Translations under genes and position numbers: made by a program
Assembly (NCBI RefSeq): GCF_000372725.1
Contig: NW_005201792.1
Coordinates: 995,440 to 1,059,439, forward strand
Length of the DNA: 64,000 bases
Source: Emiliania huxleyi CCMP1516
Taxonomy: Eukaryota
Direction: 5' to 3'
Notes under the pieces: generated by a model
What the model was told of the DNA's origin: nothing
Databases searched by the model: none
Seen by the model: only the letters and a program-made list of their open reading frames with translations
Part shown: piece after piece, positions 10,978 through 22,421 of the stretch
How positions within the stretch are numbered: position 1 is the first letter of the stretch
Layout of the letters: each line of letters begins with the position of its first letter

Positions 10978-11599
10978 GTGCGCCATTCGGCGGCCGACGG
11001 TCTCTGACCGCGCTGCGCTCGCAGCTGCAAAGACGCCGCCGCAAATGCCGCCGGACCTGCATCCGGAAGAGCCAGGATTCCGGCTGCCGCCGATGCTCCA
11101 TCCCCCGCAACGAGCGTGCGATGCTGCAGCACGGGTAGGCGCAGCAACCTCGACCCGGGTGTTGCTCGAGTCCGCAAACGCCCACGGGGCGAATGCGATT
11201 GCCTGGTCCTATCGCCAAACGGCTCTGCTCCTCCTCTTGTCTGGCAGCAATCGCAAGCTGCGGCACACAGGCCGCGTTGGCGCAGAGGAGGCGGCAAGCC
11301 TCAACGCGCCTACCCGTGGCATCCCGCCGGATCGGGCCAAGACTAAGGCTGCAGGCGTCGGCCCCGGCTGCTGCGAGGGCGCGCCCTCCCGTTGAGGTGT
11401 CCATCTTATCGATCAACACTTTCACCGAAAGTAAGATCGTTCGGTGCAGAAACCCCGGCCATGCCCATGTAACGCAATTGTGCTCGATTTTTTTGATTAG
11501 AAAAGGAGTTGCGGTGTTGATCGCCGCGGGAGCCCTCTTATGTGCAGTGGGGCTACAACTGTAGCGCGTCGGCAGGATCCCCAAAACCGTCGTCCACAC

Positions 11600-11790
11600 C
11601 CCCCAAACGATTGAATTCGGACCGCCCAAATCTCCCCCCCCCCCCCCCCCGCAAACTTTAAACCGCCATAAAGATCTATCTGCACTTCTGCAGGGGCTCT
11701 GTCCCCCCCCCGCAAACTCTAAACCACCATAAACTACAGTCTGCAGGGGCTCCAGGCCCCAAATGACGTGTGAGTGTTAGGGTTGTTCGG
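11600..11790 (+). repeat. Dispersed non-coding repeat, inverted homolog at about 58476-58605
   Basis: GGGCTCCAGGCCCCAAATGACGTGTGAGTGTTAG is the reverse complement of 58487-58518; flanking weaker similarity. Confidence 0.7.
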
Positions 11791-12453
11791 TTGTGCCGAC
11801 GCGACCCCGTGTCTCGGCTCTCTCTCGCCTCTCGCGTTCGTTACTTTGACACCTTTTTGTTTTTCCCGTGACGAAAAACGAACGCACACCAAGCGCTAAG
11901 CGTGAGGACACGATTTCGAATTCGGAGTAGCACCTGAGCAAAATTGAGCCCGCTCAGGTGTGAACAAAAAGTATAAGGGTCGACCAGGTTTCGAACTGGG
12001 GACCTCCCGCCACAGCGGGAAGGCATCCAGCAAGATACGCTGAAATTGAAAAGAAGGTCACACTTCGGGAAAAGCGGAAAACCTATATAGCATACCGAGG
12101 GAATTAGACCCACAGAGATACCCAAGAAGGACGTCATTCGTACGAAACCTCAGAAGGCCATGGGCGCCGAGAGAACATTCCCTCGAGAGGACAAAAGAAG
12201 GGCATCGCACCCCCTCCTTGCGCAGTGTACCCCGCGCTATGTGTCGCCGTCATCGGGGCACGCTATCCTGTGAAGTCAGGGGGCAAGCGGGGGCGAGGCG
12301 CAGTCCCTCTGGTCTATACTGGTGTGGTTCTGTCCCTAGTCTCGGAGGGGGGCAAAAAAGACAAGAATGTCTTTTTTTTACTCTGACACCTTTTTATTTT
12401 AGTCTCTCTCGACCAGTCACTCGGCGGGCTCAAAAAAGAAAAAGACCGCATAG

Positions 12454-13211
12454 TCACCCCCCTCGCTCAACGAACAGCACCACCTGCCCATTGCCCTGCG
12501 CCTCCTGGCCGTTTGAGCCAATCGCGGCGAGCACCGTCTCGAAGGACGCCTTCTCCGCCGCCAGCACGCTCTTTAAGAGCGTGGGCTTGCCCACGCCGCC
12601 CAGCATGAGCTGCCACGCCGGGTACGACATCCCCATCGTGACGTAGGTGGTTGCGCGCACGAGGTCTCCCACCTGCGCACGGCCGGCGATGGGGGAGCGG
12701 TGTCGCAGGAGGTGCGCCGGTACAGTACGTGAACGGTGCGCGGGCAAGCCGCCGCCTCGACTCCGCCTCCTCTGGCGCTGCCACTGTCCAACAGTTCAGT
12801 CACCACGATCTGCCTGGCTTGTGGTGCGTCTTCGTCGCCGCCGTCGCCGCCGTCGCCGCTCTCCTCGAGCGCCATGCCGAGTGGCATGTCGAGCCGCAAG
12901 CACAGCAGCTGCGAGGGCCCGGCCAGCAGCGGCTGCAGCGCGAGCTCGAGCGGACCGTCCGCCATGTCGACATCCACAAGTCTTACTGCGCCCCATTCAA
13001 GCTCCTGGGGTCCGTCCTGCAGCATCTGCACCTCCTGCGCGTCTGCCTCTGCCCGCTCTCGTGAGGTGAGTGGCACAAGATCGTCGGCCGCCTTTTCGCC
13101 AAACAGCTGGCGCAGCTGATCGCGCCGCTCCGCGTCCGACCGTTGCATCACGACGGTCGGGACTCGCGGCACGGCGAGGAGCAGGGGGAGGGAGGCGGGT
13201 GAGAAGTGCAT
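12454..13211 (-). CDS. PDZ-like domain protein, probably signal-peptide/plastid-targeted, 2 exons
   Basis: MHFSPASLPLLLAV N-terminus; LDMPLGMALEE...IVVTELLDSGSARGGGVE / VGDLVRA...VVLFVER. Confidence 0.65.
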
Positions 13212-13651
13212 GCGATTTTCGTAACAGAGAGAAGCTGAACCGAATAAATCACGCTCCGTTTTGCCGTGCGGCGAGATTGTAAACTAGCTCAATAACGCGC
13301 GGGCCCTCAGCGGAGCTGGGAAGAGGACCGCCGCAAGCGGCGTGGCGTGGGTCGGTTGTGCATCCCTCCGGGGGCCCCTCTGCGCCGGGGAGGCGTTGTT
13401 GGAGGCTAGGACGCAAGCGTCCGTCGCCCTTTTCAAACTCGGGGCCCACTCCGCTACGCTCCGACCCGAATTTGGAGGGCCTGAAAAGTTTAAGGTGTTG
13501 CTGCGCAAAAGGGGGAACCGCGGCAGAGTAATTGCGTCTGCGCGGACGGATAGAGAGAGCCCTTTTGCGCGGTATTAACGCACACGCACACACCACGACA
13601 CAGCCCCGCAAGGCGCGCGATACACACAGCTAGAAGTCATCAGTCCACTCC

Positions 13652-14155
13652 TCAGGCGGGGGGGTCACAAAACACCGAGTCCATAAAGCTAAGCTCCTCC
13701 TCGCCTTCAGGCTCAGGAAGCTGCATCGACACCGGCCCATCAGCGGTTAGAGGGGGGAGATCTAGAGGATCATCTGAGCTGGAGCTAGCGGCGGCGGCCG
13801 AGCTAGCGGCGGCGGCCGGGGTGCGAACCGGCGGCATCACTGATTCAGGCTTGAACCCGGGCTGCTGGTAGGGCAGAATGATGCCGTTGGCAGCGGCGCG
13901 CTCCTCAGCCCAAGACAGGAGCTCTTCAAAGCGGTTGACTCGGGGCAGTAGGGCAGCTATGGGCACATGATCTCTAACCCCCAAAAGCCATGTGCCCTCG
14001 TCTGGGCGCCTGAAGATGGAAAAGGAGCCAGTCGGGTTGCTAGCGTGCACATCTGGTATCTGGTAGCTGTGTGTAGCCGGCGACAACACGCGGCGGTGGC
14101 GGCAGCGGTGGTGGCGTTGGCAGCGGCGATGGTGGAGGCACAGGACCGCACTCAC
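13652..14155 (-). CDS. Hypothetical protein (third ORF of the 3-kb element, possibly a frameshifted continuation)
   Basis: 167-aa ORF overlapping 14040-14155, acidic C-terminus. Confidence 0.35.
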   Translation of the reverse strand: MSAVLCLHHRRCQRHHRCRHRRVLSPATHSYQIPDVHASNPTGSFSIFRRPDEGTWLLGVRDHVPIAALLPRVNRFEELLSWAEERAAANGIILPYQQPGFKPESVMPPVRTPAAAASSAAAASSSSDDPLDLPPLTADGPVSMQLPEPEGEEELSFMDSVFCDPPA

Positions 14156-15218
14156 TGTCCCACCGCCATCCGGTCGGAAGCTGGTAGTCGCCCCGCATCT
14201 CGACTACCCGCAGTGCAGCATCCAAAGGCGTCTGAAAAAAGTCGAGGTTCTCTCTGAGATGATAAATGTCTTCTGCAGCATGATGGTCCATCACAAAGTA
14301 GTCGCCATATTCCCACTTGCCTAGGAATGTCTGCGCTGGCTCGAGGTCCCAGTTAAACTTCCGGTGTTGAAACCCTTCGTAGCCAACTACGCGGTTGGTG
14401 CTGTGGCAGTAGCGGACATGAAGACGTACCGGACCGTCCAGCCCAGCGAGCCAGTCGTGCGACGCTTTCAGTTCTGCAAGCCTGCGATCCTCCTCACACG
14501 GATCCTTAGGCTCACACGAGCCATCGCAACTCGCGCGGAAGTAGCAGTGGCAGAAGCGCGGTCGTTGCGCGGTGGCTCGGCGCTTGACAAGCGCACGCTC
14601 AATAGCATCGGCATCTGCCTCGACCCAAATTCCGGGTTTGGGCAGATTTGGCTCGAGAGCGTGGGCAGCATCGCGCGCAACCCTCTCTGCTGTGGGACGA
14701 TACGGTGCAGGTAGGTTAGTGTCTGTCTCGGGCCACGCAGGCGGCGGCTCACCCCACTTGTGTCGCCAGAGAGAGCCGTGCCCGCCACGCGCCAGCGAGT
14801 GGTCACCCACTTCTCCCGGATCAAACATGCCATCCTGGCGTCGGCAGAGGTGATCAGTAAATTCGCCACCCACAATCGGATCGCAGCTAAAGTCGCATGG
14901 CGAGAGCGCGTGACCAAGCAAGTTGCGGCTGAACGTGCTCGACTCAATGATGTAGTGCAATGGCTGCGGGCCATAGGCTATCCCGTACTTGGCTGCAATC
15001 TCGCTGATGTCCATATTGCGACGTTCAGGATACAACGTCGACGTCTGCATGCTCTCCAGCTCCTTTGCTGCACCATCGTAATTGCTGAAGTGGATCACAC
15101 CGCGGAAGTGCAGCAGTCGTTGGTGGAGTGGCGGTTTGTGCTGGTCCGCAAACTTGGGAGTAGGCTGTAGGGGGCGTGCCAGCGAGGATGAGGCATCGCA
15201 TGGCCAGCGAGTCGCCAC
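14040..15218 (-). CDS. Hypothetical Cys/His/Trp-rich protein of the 3-kb element
   Basis: 392-aa ORF overlapping the previous one in another frame; FCHCYFRASCDGSC cluster. Confidence 0.45.
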   Translation of the reverse strand: MATRWPCDASSSLARPLQPTPKFADQHKPPLHQRLLHFRGVIHFSNYDGAAKELESMQTSTLYPERRNMDISEIAAKYGIAYGPQPLHYIIESSTFSRNLLGHALSPCDFSCDPIVGGEFTDHLCRRQDGMFDPGEVGDHSLARGGHGSLWRHKWGEPPPAWPETDTNLPAPYRPTAERVARDAAHALEPNLPKPGIWVEADADAIERALVKRRATAQRPRFCHCYFRASCDGSCEPKDPCEEDRRLAELKASHDWLAGLDGPVRLHVRYCHSTNRVVGYEGFQHRKFNWDLEPAQTFLGKWEYGDYFVMDHHAAEDIYHLRENLDFFQTPLDAALRVVEMRGDYQLPTGWRWDSECGPVPPPSPLPTPPPLPPPPRVVAGYTQLPDTRCAR

Positions 15219-16362
15219 GGTTGAGCACCATGCGAGCCAGCAGCAGCTTCACACGCAGTAGAGTACGCTGTGCAACGCACCAGCCGCGGCGGGGAATCCA
15301 ATAATCCGATAGTCCGCCTGAGCTCCACCACGCCGGCCATTGTCCGCTCAGCTCTGCCTCGTACGCAGTCCACCAGTTGCGTGCGGCCCTTGGAATGACA
15401 CAGTGCTCTTGGCACGGCTCCTCCATCCCGGCACCGCATAGCTCACACGGGTCTTCGTCAAACTCCTCTCGCGCCCGCGCGTTTTTGCACGGGTAGCAGT
15501 TGACGCCGCCGCCCCTCAAGCGCCACATCTCAGGCGCAAACTCGACGTCCAGGTAGTCGGTGGTACCATCGACAATGCAACGCAGTGCATGTAAGAAGCG
15601 CACCAGCTCAGTTTTGTACTCAACCCACTGGAATGCATCGGTGTACCACGTCTGCTTCCATTCGCACGGCCGCATTGATTGATAGCACACGCGTTTGACC
15701 GGCGGCTGCGCTGACCACTTGTGATTGTCGTGGTCGGCGTTGCGTGGGTCTAGGAGAGGCAGCTGTAGCCGTTCTGCCTGTGCCTCGGCACTCTCATTGA
15801 ATCGTGGCTGTGTCGTCAGCGCGGGCATAGCATCGGCCAGTGATCTCCAGAATCTTGGCGGTTTGTCGGTGAGCCCGGCGCACGTAAAACTTTCTCGTGG
15901 CACCCATGGCATCGGGGGCGGCTGCGGTGTGGGATGCAGCGCGGCTGGGTCGGGTAGAGGAACCGTATCACCCGGCTGCTGCTGACCCGGCGGTTGAAGC
16001 GGGGGAAGTGGTGGGAGAAGCGGCTCGGCCTGTGCGGTGAGGTCAGTGCGCCTGCCCCGTTGCGTCCAGTCACGGACCCATGCGCCCTGCATCACGGCAA
16101 CTGCTCGCCACTGAGCGTCGTCGAACTCGATCGCCTGCCACGGCCCCGGCAAGATGCATTCACCCCACTCACCAGCTTGGCCCACCTGGTACGGATAGCG
16201 CTGCTTCCGGAGCACGATGATCGCCTCAAGGGCGCCGCTGCTGCACCACAGCGCGCAACGGGACAGCAGCTGCTTGTTCTCTCCGCACTCCTTCAGCCGC
16301 AGCAGCGCCGCCTCGGTCGCAGGCGTGAGCGTAATCCGGTACGTGGTATGCCGGTCCGGCAT
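15025..16362 (-). CDS. Hypothetical protein; N-terminal ~110 aa weakly resembles a degenerate CRESS Rep endonuclease domain
   Basis: 445-aa ORF with non-repetitive composition; YRITL, LEAIIVLRKQR, QRGRRTDL in Rep-like order; later CxxC motifs. Confidence 0.45.
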   Translation of the reverse strand: MPDRHTTYRITLTPATEAALLRLKECGENKQLLSRCALWCSSGALEAIIVLRKQRYPYQVGQAGEWGECILPGPWQAIEFDDAQWRAVAVMQGAWVRDWTQRGRRTDLTAQAEPLLPPLPPLQPPGQQQPGDTVPLPDPAALHPTPQPPPMPWVPRESFTCAGLTDKPPRFWRSLADAMPALTTQPRFNESAEAQAERLQLPLLDPRNADHDNHKWSAQPPVKRVCYQSMRPCEWKQTWYTDAFQWVEYKTELVRFLHALRCIVDGTTDYLDVEFAPEMWRLRGGGVNCYPCKNARAREEFDEDPCELCGAGMEEPCQEHCVIPRAARNWWTAYEAELSGQWPAWWSSGGLSDYWIPRRGWCVAQRTLLRVKLLLARMVLNRGDSLAMRCLILAGTPPTAYSQVCGPAQTATPPTTAALPRCDPLQQLRWCSKGAGEHADVDVVS

Positions 16363-16698
16363 ATGGTGACCCCAGAGATGTCGCGATGCGCTTTTCCCCG
16401 ATCATTTCGTCCGTCCGTAATCGGAGGAAGCGCCGGCTCGAGCGCCCGAGCGTTTACCAAACTTGTTTTGAGGTTGTCGTATTTGGGAGCCACGGTCCTG
16501 CTTTTGTTTTCACGGGTTACGAAGCTGAGTACCGCGTCTGCGACGCGGGCGCCTTGCGGGCAGAGCCCTTAGTCCCCCTTTATCTTGCGCGGTCAAAAGA
16601 AAAGCGAGCCGGCTTGCACTATCCGCTCCCTGTCAGCGACAGCCCGATTCCGAGGACAACCCAGTGCGACAACCGACAAGAACAGGTTCGGCCCCGTC

Positions 16699-17626
16699 AT
16701 GTGTGCCACCTGCTCCGTGGAGGAGCTCGCGAAATCGCACTCCGAGGCGCTCGCGTGGCTGCGTGAGGCGCTCGAGAGGGACTCCCGCCGCAGCGGCTCC
16801 TTCCCGGCCTCGGGGCTTCGCGACGCGTGGCTGCTGCGCATGCTCCGCGCCAGTGATTGGGACCGGGAATCTGCGCTGGAGCGGGCGGCAACGAGCCTGC
16901 AGTGGCGGTCGGAGCTCGACTATGACGCCATCGCCGCGTTTGTGCGGGCGCACCCGCGGCCGGAGGAGTGGCCAAAAGGGGATGTGATGATGCGGTACCT
17001 GCCTCGCCACATCGTTCGGACAAACGCGGGCGTGGTGGTCTGCCAGGTTGAGGAGCACAAGGACTATGCGAGCGCGGAGGTGCACACGACGCCGGCCGAG
17101 CGGCGGGCCTTCATGATGCACCACGCCGTCCAGGCGTGCGAGCTGATCGCCGAGCGAGACGAGGCGAGCGGAAAGATTGACGCGCACCTCCACTACGTGC
17201 TCGACTCGGTCGGCTCCGGAGGCGCGCCCCTCCGCCTCGCGACCGCTGCCCCGCCCTCCCTGCCGACGCGGCCTTCCTGCGGCAGGCATGCCCCTCTCCT
17301 GGCTGATGCACATGATGCCCGCGTGGAGGGCCCTTACCGAGCTGGGCGGGCTGACGGCGACCGTCGGCGGCCTCTACTTTTGCGGCCCGACCAGCCTGCG
17401 CGCGAACCTCTTCCTCGCCGCCCTCAAGGCGGTCTGGATGCGGCAGGAGATGGCGCAGCTGGTCGCCTCGCGCTGCCCGCCCGAGGTCTGGCGCGGGATG
17501 GAGCAGACGCCTGAGGCCCAGGCGTGCCTCTCGGTGATGCTGGGCCGGTACACGAGCGAGGAGGACGAGGACGGGCCGGCCGAGCCGTTCGCGCCGATGG
17601 ACACCGACAACCGCAGCGTCGAGTGA
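16699..17626 (+). CDS. CRAL-TRIO/Sec14-like lipid-binding protein, 2 exons
   Basis: DAWLLRMLRASDWDRESALERAATSLQWRSE is a CRAL-TRIO N-terminal motif; HYVLDSVG; frame change at intron about 17222-17286. Confidence 0.7.
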
Positions 17627-17812
17627 CGGATTAGAGCTCTCTTAGTCCGACGTAGGGCGATTCGATCCGACGTTTTATTGTGCTGCGATTCTTTCCCCCT
17701 CGTTCTCTTGGCTTTTTTGCGTGGTGTGAGGAGTAAGTTGGGAACAAGGGGGAAAAGAAAGACACGCCGGGTGATATATGTTTATGGGAGAGGGAATCCC
17801 TGGGCCCTGGGT

Positions 17813-17948
17813 GCTGGGACCCTGTCGTGTGGGTGAAAACGCTGCCCAGCCCCCCTCGCCCTCCGTATTGCGATGCGCTCCCCACTCCCGTTTCCCTGTG
17901 TCCCTGATCGTCCTTCCAAAGTACTCCCTGGGGGTTTTTCTTTCTTTT
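17813..17948 (+). mobile_element. Retroelement/SINE-like 3' fragment (family of 180-352)
   Basis: Similarity to 181-280; TTTC tail. Confidence 0.55.
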
Positions 17949-18024
17949 GGCGGAAGGGTGCGGCACGCCGCGGCAGTCGCTCGCATTCGAGTCGGCAAGA
18001 GCGCAGTTGCTCCGAAATTTTGCC

Positions 18025-20290
18025 ATGCCCACGCCGTCGGCGCCACCGCTCGTCCCGGGCCCGGCGCTCTTCACACAGCGCGCATTCGTCGCCGATATGG
18101 CGGTCCTCGCCGAAGGCTGCGTCATGGCTGACATGCACACCGCGGCGACGGCGCCGGGCGGAGGCGGCAGCTTCTGGGCAGCCTTCGGCCCGGGCACCTC
18201 TGCGGAGGGCGCGAGGCGCGCGATGGAGTCGCGCGAGCAGTACCCCGCCTGGGCGCCCGACAAGGTTGGCGAGCACGCGATGAAGCCCGCCTCCGAGGCG
18301 GCCGAATGCGAGGTGCGGAGGCGGCGGTCTGAGTGGGCGACGGCGCTCAAGGAGCGCTACTCGCCCGAGGCGCTCGCGTGGGCCGACCCGGCGCAAGGGA
18401 TGGAGAAGGCGGCTGCGGTGACGCTCCTCCACCCGCCGCCGGACCTCGGCTGCGGCGACGACCCGCTCATCGTCGTCGCCTTCCGCGGCTCAAAGGCGGC
18501 GTCCGACTACTTTGTGACTGACGCGAGCCCGCGATTCGTGCCGCTGCGCCGCTCCGTCGACCTGTCGGGGACGGGCACCCTCGAGGACGGCGGGACGTAC
18601 GAGTACGACTTCACGCCGCCGGAGGACGCCTCGCAGCGGCCGCGGCGGTCGCTGGCAGGCATTGCGAGGACGGCGACCTTCGCGCGGAGGCTGTCTATCA
18701 GCCGGCGGTCGGAGAGGGCGGCGAAGCCGGGCGCGGGCGCGGCGGTGGAGGCGGGGGCGGAGGAGGGTGGCGAGGGTGGAGCGGGGGACGGCGGCAGTCT
18801 CGAGGTCTCTGTGCAAGAGGCGGAGAGGAGAAGGGCTAGCTGCCCTCCCCTCCGGACGCCTTGCGTGAAGCTCTCGGAGCGTGGCTAGGCGGAGGCGCGG
18901 CTGCTCTTTCTGCTCGCGGACTCGCCGCGCGAGTGCGCGACCGTCGGCCTCTGGCGAGCCTACGCCGGCGCTCCGGCGCGCGCAGAGGAGGTGCGCACGT
19001 CACGGGGACCCTCTCCTCACGGGGACCCTCTCCTCACGGGGACCCTCTCCTCGCGGGGACCCTCTCCTCACGGGGACCCTCTCCTCACGGGACCAGTCGC
19101 CAACCTCTTCTCGTGAGCGGCGAGTGGACGAATAGGCGAGCACGCCCCGCCGTGTCGTCAGGCGCGCGCGCTTGGCGGGGCCGGCCCGCGCCCTCTGCCC
19201 CGAACCTCCGTCCCTGCCCCGAACCTCCGTCCCTGCCGGCCAGGCGAGCAGTGCTCGAGGCGCTCGCTGCGCACCCGCGGGCGAGGGTCGTCGTGACAGG
19301 CCGCCCACCTCTGCGCATGCCGGGGGGGAGGGTGGGGGCGGGTGGCGGGGGGATCTGACCGCGGCATCGCTCCTCCCCTCAGTCATTAAACCACCAGCCG
19401 CTCCTCCCCTTAGTCATTAAACCACCAGCCGCTCCTCCCCGGCAGGCCACTCGTTGGGAGGTGCCCTCGCGCAGCTCTGCGCCTACGACCTCACCCACTC
19501 GCGCGACTTTGCAGCGGCGAGCCGCCGCTGCCCCGCCCACCGCCTGATCTCACTCAACGGGCTACTGGGCATAGCGGTCCCACCGTGTCAGGCGAGCTCC
19601 GCTGCCCCGCTCACCGTGGTCGCCTTCGCGGCGCCGCGCCTCTTCAACGCCGCCTTCAGGCGGCGGAGGGACGAGGTCGTATCTCCCCATATCTCCCGGA
19701 TCTCCCCGTATCTCGCCTACAGGCGGAGGATGGACGAGGTCGAGGCGGTGGGGCGGCTCCGCGCCCTCCGCGTCGTCTGCGCGGCCGACATCATCGCGCG
19801 CGTGCCTCCTCGCTCGGTCGGAGGCAGCCACGGCGTCTCGTCGCGGCTCGCCATCCACGCGTCTCGCCGCGGGGGAGCGACGCGTCTCAGCGGGCCGGGC
19901 TTCACGCTGCGGCGAGACGACCCGCACGACGCCGAGCTGTGGCGCGTCTTGCCGGCCGACGCTCATTGCTGCCACGCTCTGTACTTGCGCGGCGAGGCGA
20001 CGCGTGCGGTGGCGGTGCCGCTTGACGCTCCGTGGCCGTTCGGGGAGGGGGCGGGCGGCGAGGCGGAGGCGGGCGGCGAGGGGAGGGGGAGCGGCGAGGG
20101 GAGGAGCAGCAGCCGCGGCGGAGCGGCGGAGCAGCGAGACTCGGAGCTGGACTTTGGTCTCGGGCAGCAGCTGGGCCAGCAGGCCGCAAGCTGGCTCTCG
20201 TGGTTTGCGAGACGAGTGGGCGGCAGTGCGGGGGAGGACGGCAGCGGGGGCGAAGGCAGCAGTGCGGGGCAGGGCGAGTCGAAGGAGTGA
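18025..20290 (+). CDS. Class 3 lipase, multi-exon
   Basis: IVVAFRGS, VVVTG|HSLGGALAQL (GxSxG split by intron 19300-19445), FAAPRLFN, DIIARVPP. Confidence 0.85.
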
Positions 20291-21051
20291 CGGCAGAGCA
20301 GAAAAGAAGCGAGGCAGGGTGAGGGCGGCCTCAAAGGGGACGACCTCAGAGGAGTGGCGTGGCGCAGGAAGGTCGGAGCGCCGGGAGGGCGGGGGTGAGG
20401 GCGCGCGGGGGCCAGGCTCACAGGGCGGTGGGCGTCTCGCGCCAATATCATCCATCTGCGCGCGCGGACCCGCCGCGCGGTGTCACACCACGACCACAGT
20501 CGCAGCACAATCCAAAGGGTCTCACACGACGCACTCATGTGTTGTCGCTCGAATTGACGTCATGTGTGACAAGCTCAAGCATGTGTGTGACGTGTGTGAC
20601 CCGCTGTGAGAACAAGTGTGTGAAAAAGCGCGGTTTTGTCTTTCGAGCAACTTGAGTCAACGTGACTCATTATGTAAACTTGAGCCACTCGTGGATAATG
20701 GGGTTATAGAGGGTCGCGATTTCCGCTTTTCCTCCGCGCGCGCAATTGCGCCGCAAATCCGCATATAGGTTATCATATACAACATAATAGAGATTAGAGT
20801 ACGCGGGGTGTTACGCCGGGTGGAGCCCCCTCGATCGTCTCGCGCCCTCCTCACTGATCTGTGTTCATTGGAGACGTTGCGCGTTGGGGCCAGAGGGGGG
20901 GAGGGGGGCGGATAAAAACGCGGTTAACAGGGGATCGACGAAACGAACTTTTAAACGTAAAAGGGCCCTGGCGAGCTGGCGACGTGGCGAGCGAGAGAGT
21001 CTCACGCTATAGGGCTCACGCGCCGTGCGTAGCTCCTTTAGGGGCCTAGAG

Positions 21052-21107
<56 letters not shown>

Positions 21108-21444
21108 GACACACACACACACCTTTCTCCCAGTCTCTTCCCATTAAGCTAACAGCAGTACACTTTGGATCACACACGTTTCGTCAAACTTGTTTACACG
21201 AGCCCGGGATATTCGCCCCTGGGGGGTGGCGACCCGGAGCACTGGGAGTATACTTGTGGAGTGGCGAGGCAGTTGGTAGCCGCTCACATCCAGGGCCGGG
21301 GAGCTAAGAACTAAGCGCACCCAGCGCGCAGCGGGCGCCCGCGGAAAACGAAAAGCGCGGGGAAGGGATGACGTCTCGGGAACGGGATCTCGGGCTACTA
21401 CCGCGAACCGCGTACCGGCGGAAAAAGCAGACTCCGGGGTCTGC

Positions 21445-21622
21445 TCTCGCGCTCGTTTAAATCATGTTTGTTTTGTTTGAGCCCTCGACCGACTGGCACA
21501 CCGCACACAGTGGAGAGGTGCACCCGCACGTCAGTCGACATGAAAGTGTGCGTGTGCGACACGTTTCACTATCTCGAGACGCTCTCGAACATAGCGTCTC
21601 TGCCCTCCACCATTGCAGCCGC
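21445..21622 (+). repeat. Left ~178-bp direct repeat
   Basis: Nearly identical to 24614-24793. Confidence 0.9.
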
Positions 21623-22299
21623 TCTACGATGTCACCGTGTTGCAATAGGAGCGGCCGCACACTGCTCGGTACCCCCCCTGCACATCTAAAGTCATCCCTG
21701 CTGCTAGGGGGGGGGGGGTCTGACCCCCCCAGCAGCAGAGCGCACTGGACCCCGCTCTCCCGCCTCTTCGCCGCCGCCCCCCCCTCCACCCTCGGCTCGT
21801 ATTTGAGCGGTACGCTCGAGGCGGTTGTGTTCACCGCGCCTTCGAGCCCAATACACCTTCGTCGTGTCGAGTGCTGGCGTTTTACTAAAGACGTGTGACC
21901 ATGTGAGTCTATCTTGTAATACCACACGCGCCTATACGTCAGTGTAGTCTCATCATCGAGTGATTGCTGGCCTGTGGCGTATGACCTCGCGCGGATATCA
22001 CCAACGACGAGCATGCGAAGATAGGGAACAATATCTTGTACAGCCCGCTGTGCTCCCCGCTGTGCCACGGCGTATGATGGGCTGCGAGAGCCGTATCTTC
22101 TCTCCTTGAAGCAGAGGCGCCGCGAGGCACGAGAGAGGCGTAGAAGAGAGGCTGGCGTGCCCCGCACCTCCCGGTTGGCCGTAGGAGGGCCCGCCGGTGA
22201 GACCACTAATTTTGATGCCGACTATAAATTCTCGCCACTGGAACGCATGCTACTTACAGCTGCTGTCTGTACAGAGATGCCAGCACGCGTCGCCCCACA

Positions 22300-22421
22300 G
22301 GCAGAGCGCTCCTGCCTGGGGGGGGGGTCCGGACCCCCCCAGCAGCAGAGCGCTGCTGCTGGGGGGGGAGGTCCCGACCCCCCCAGCAGCAGAGCGCTGC
22401 TGCTGGGGGGGGGGGGGTCGG
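22300..22421. repeat. Palindromic array CCCCCCAGCAGCAGAGCGCTGCTGCTGGGGGG
   Basis: Alternating inverted units; related unit at 21696-21745. Confidence 0.8.

Larger units (their letters stand above)
13503..16593 (-). mobile_element. Candidate 3.0-kb rolling-circle/CRESS-like endogenous element
   Basis: Related stem-loops 13523-13541 and 16524-16541 exactly 3000 bp apart; intronless overlapping minus-strand ORFs between; visibly lower GC than host exons. Confidence 0.4.
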
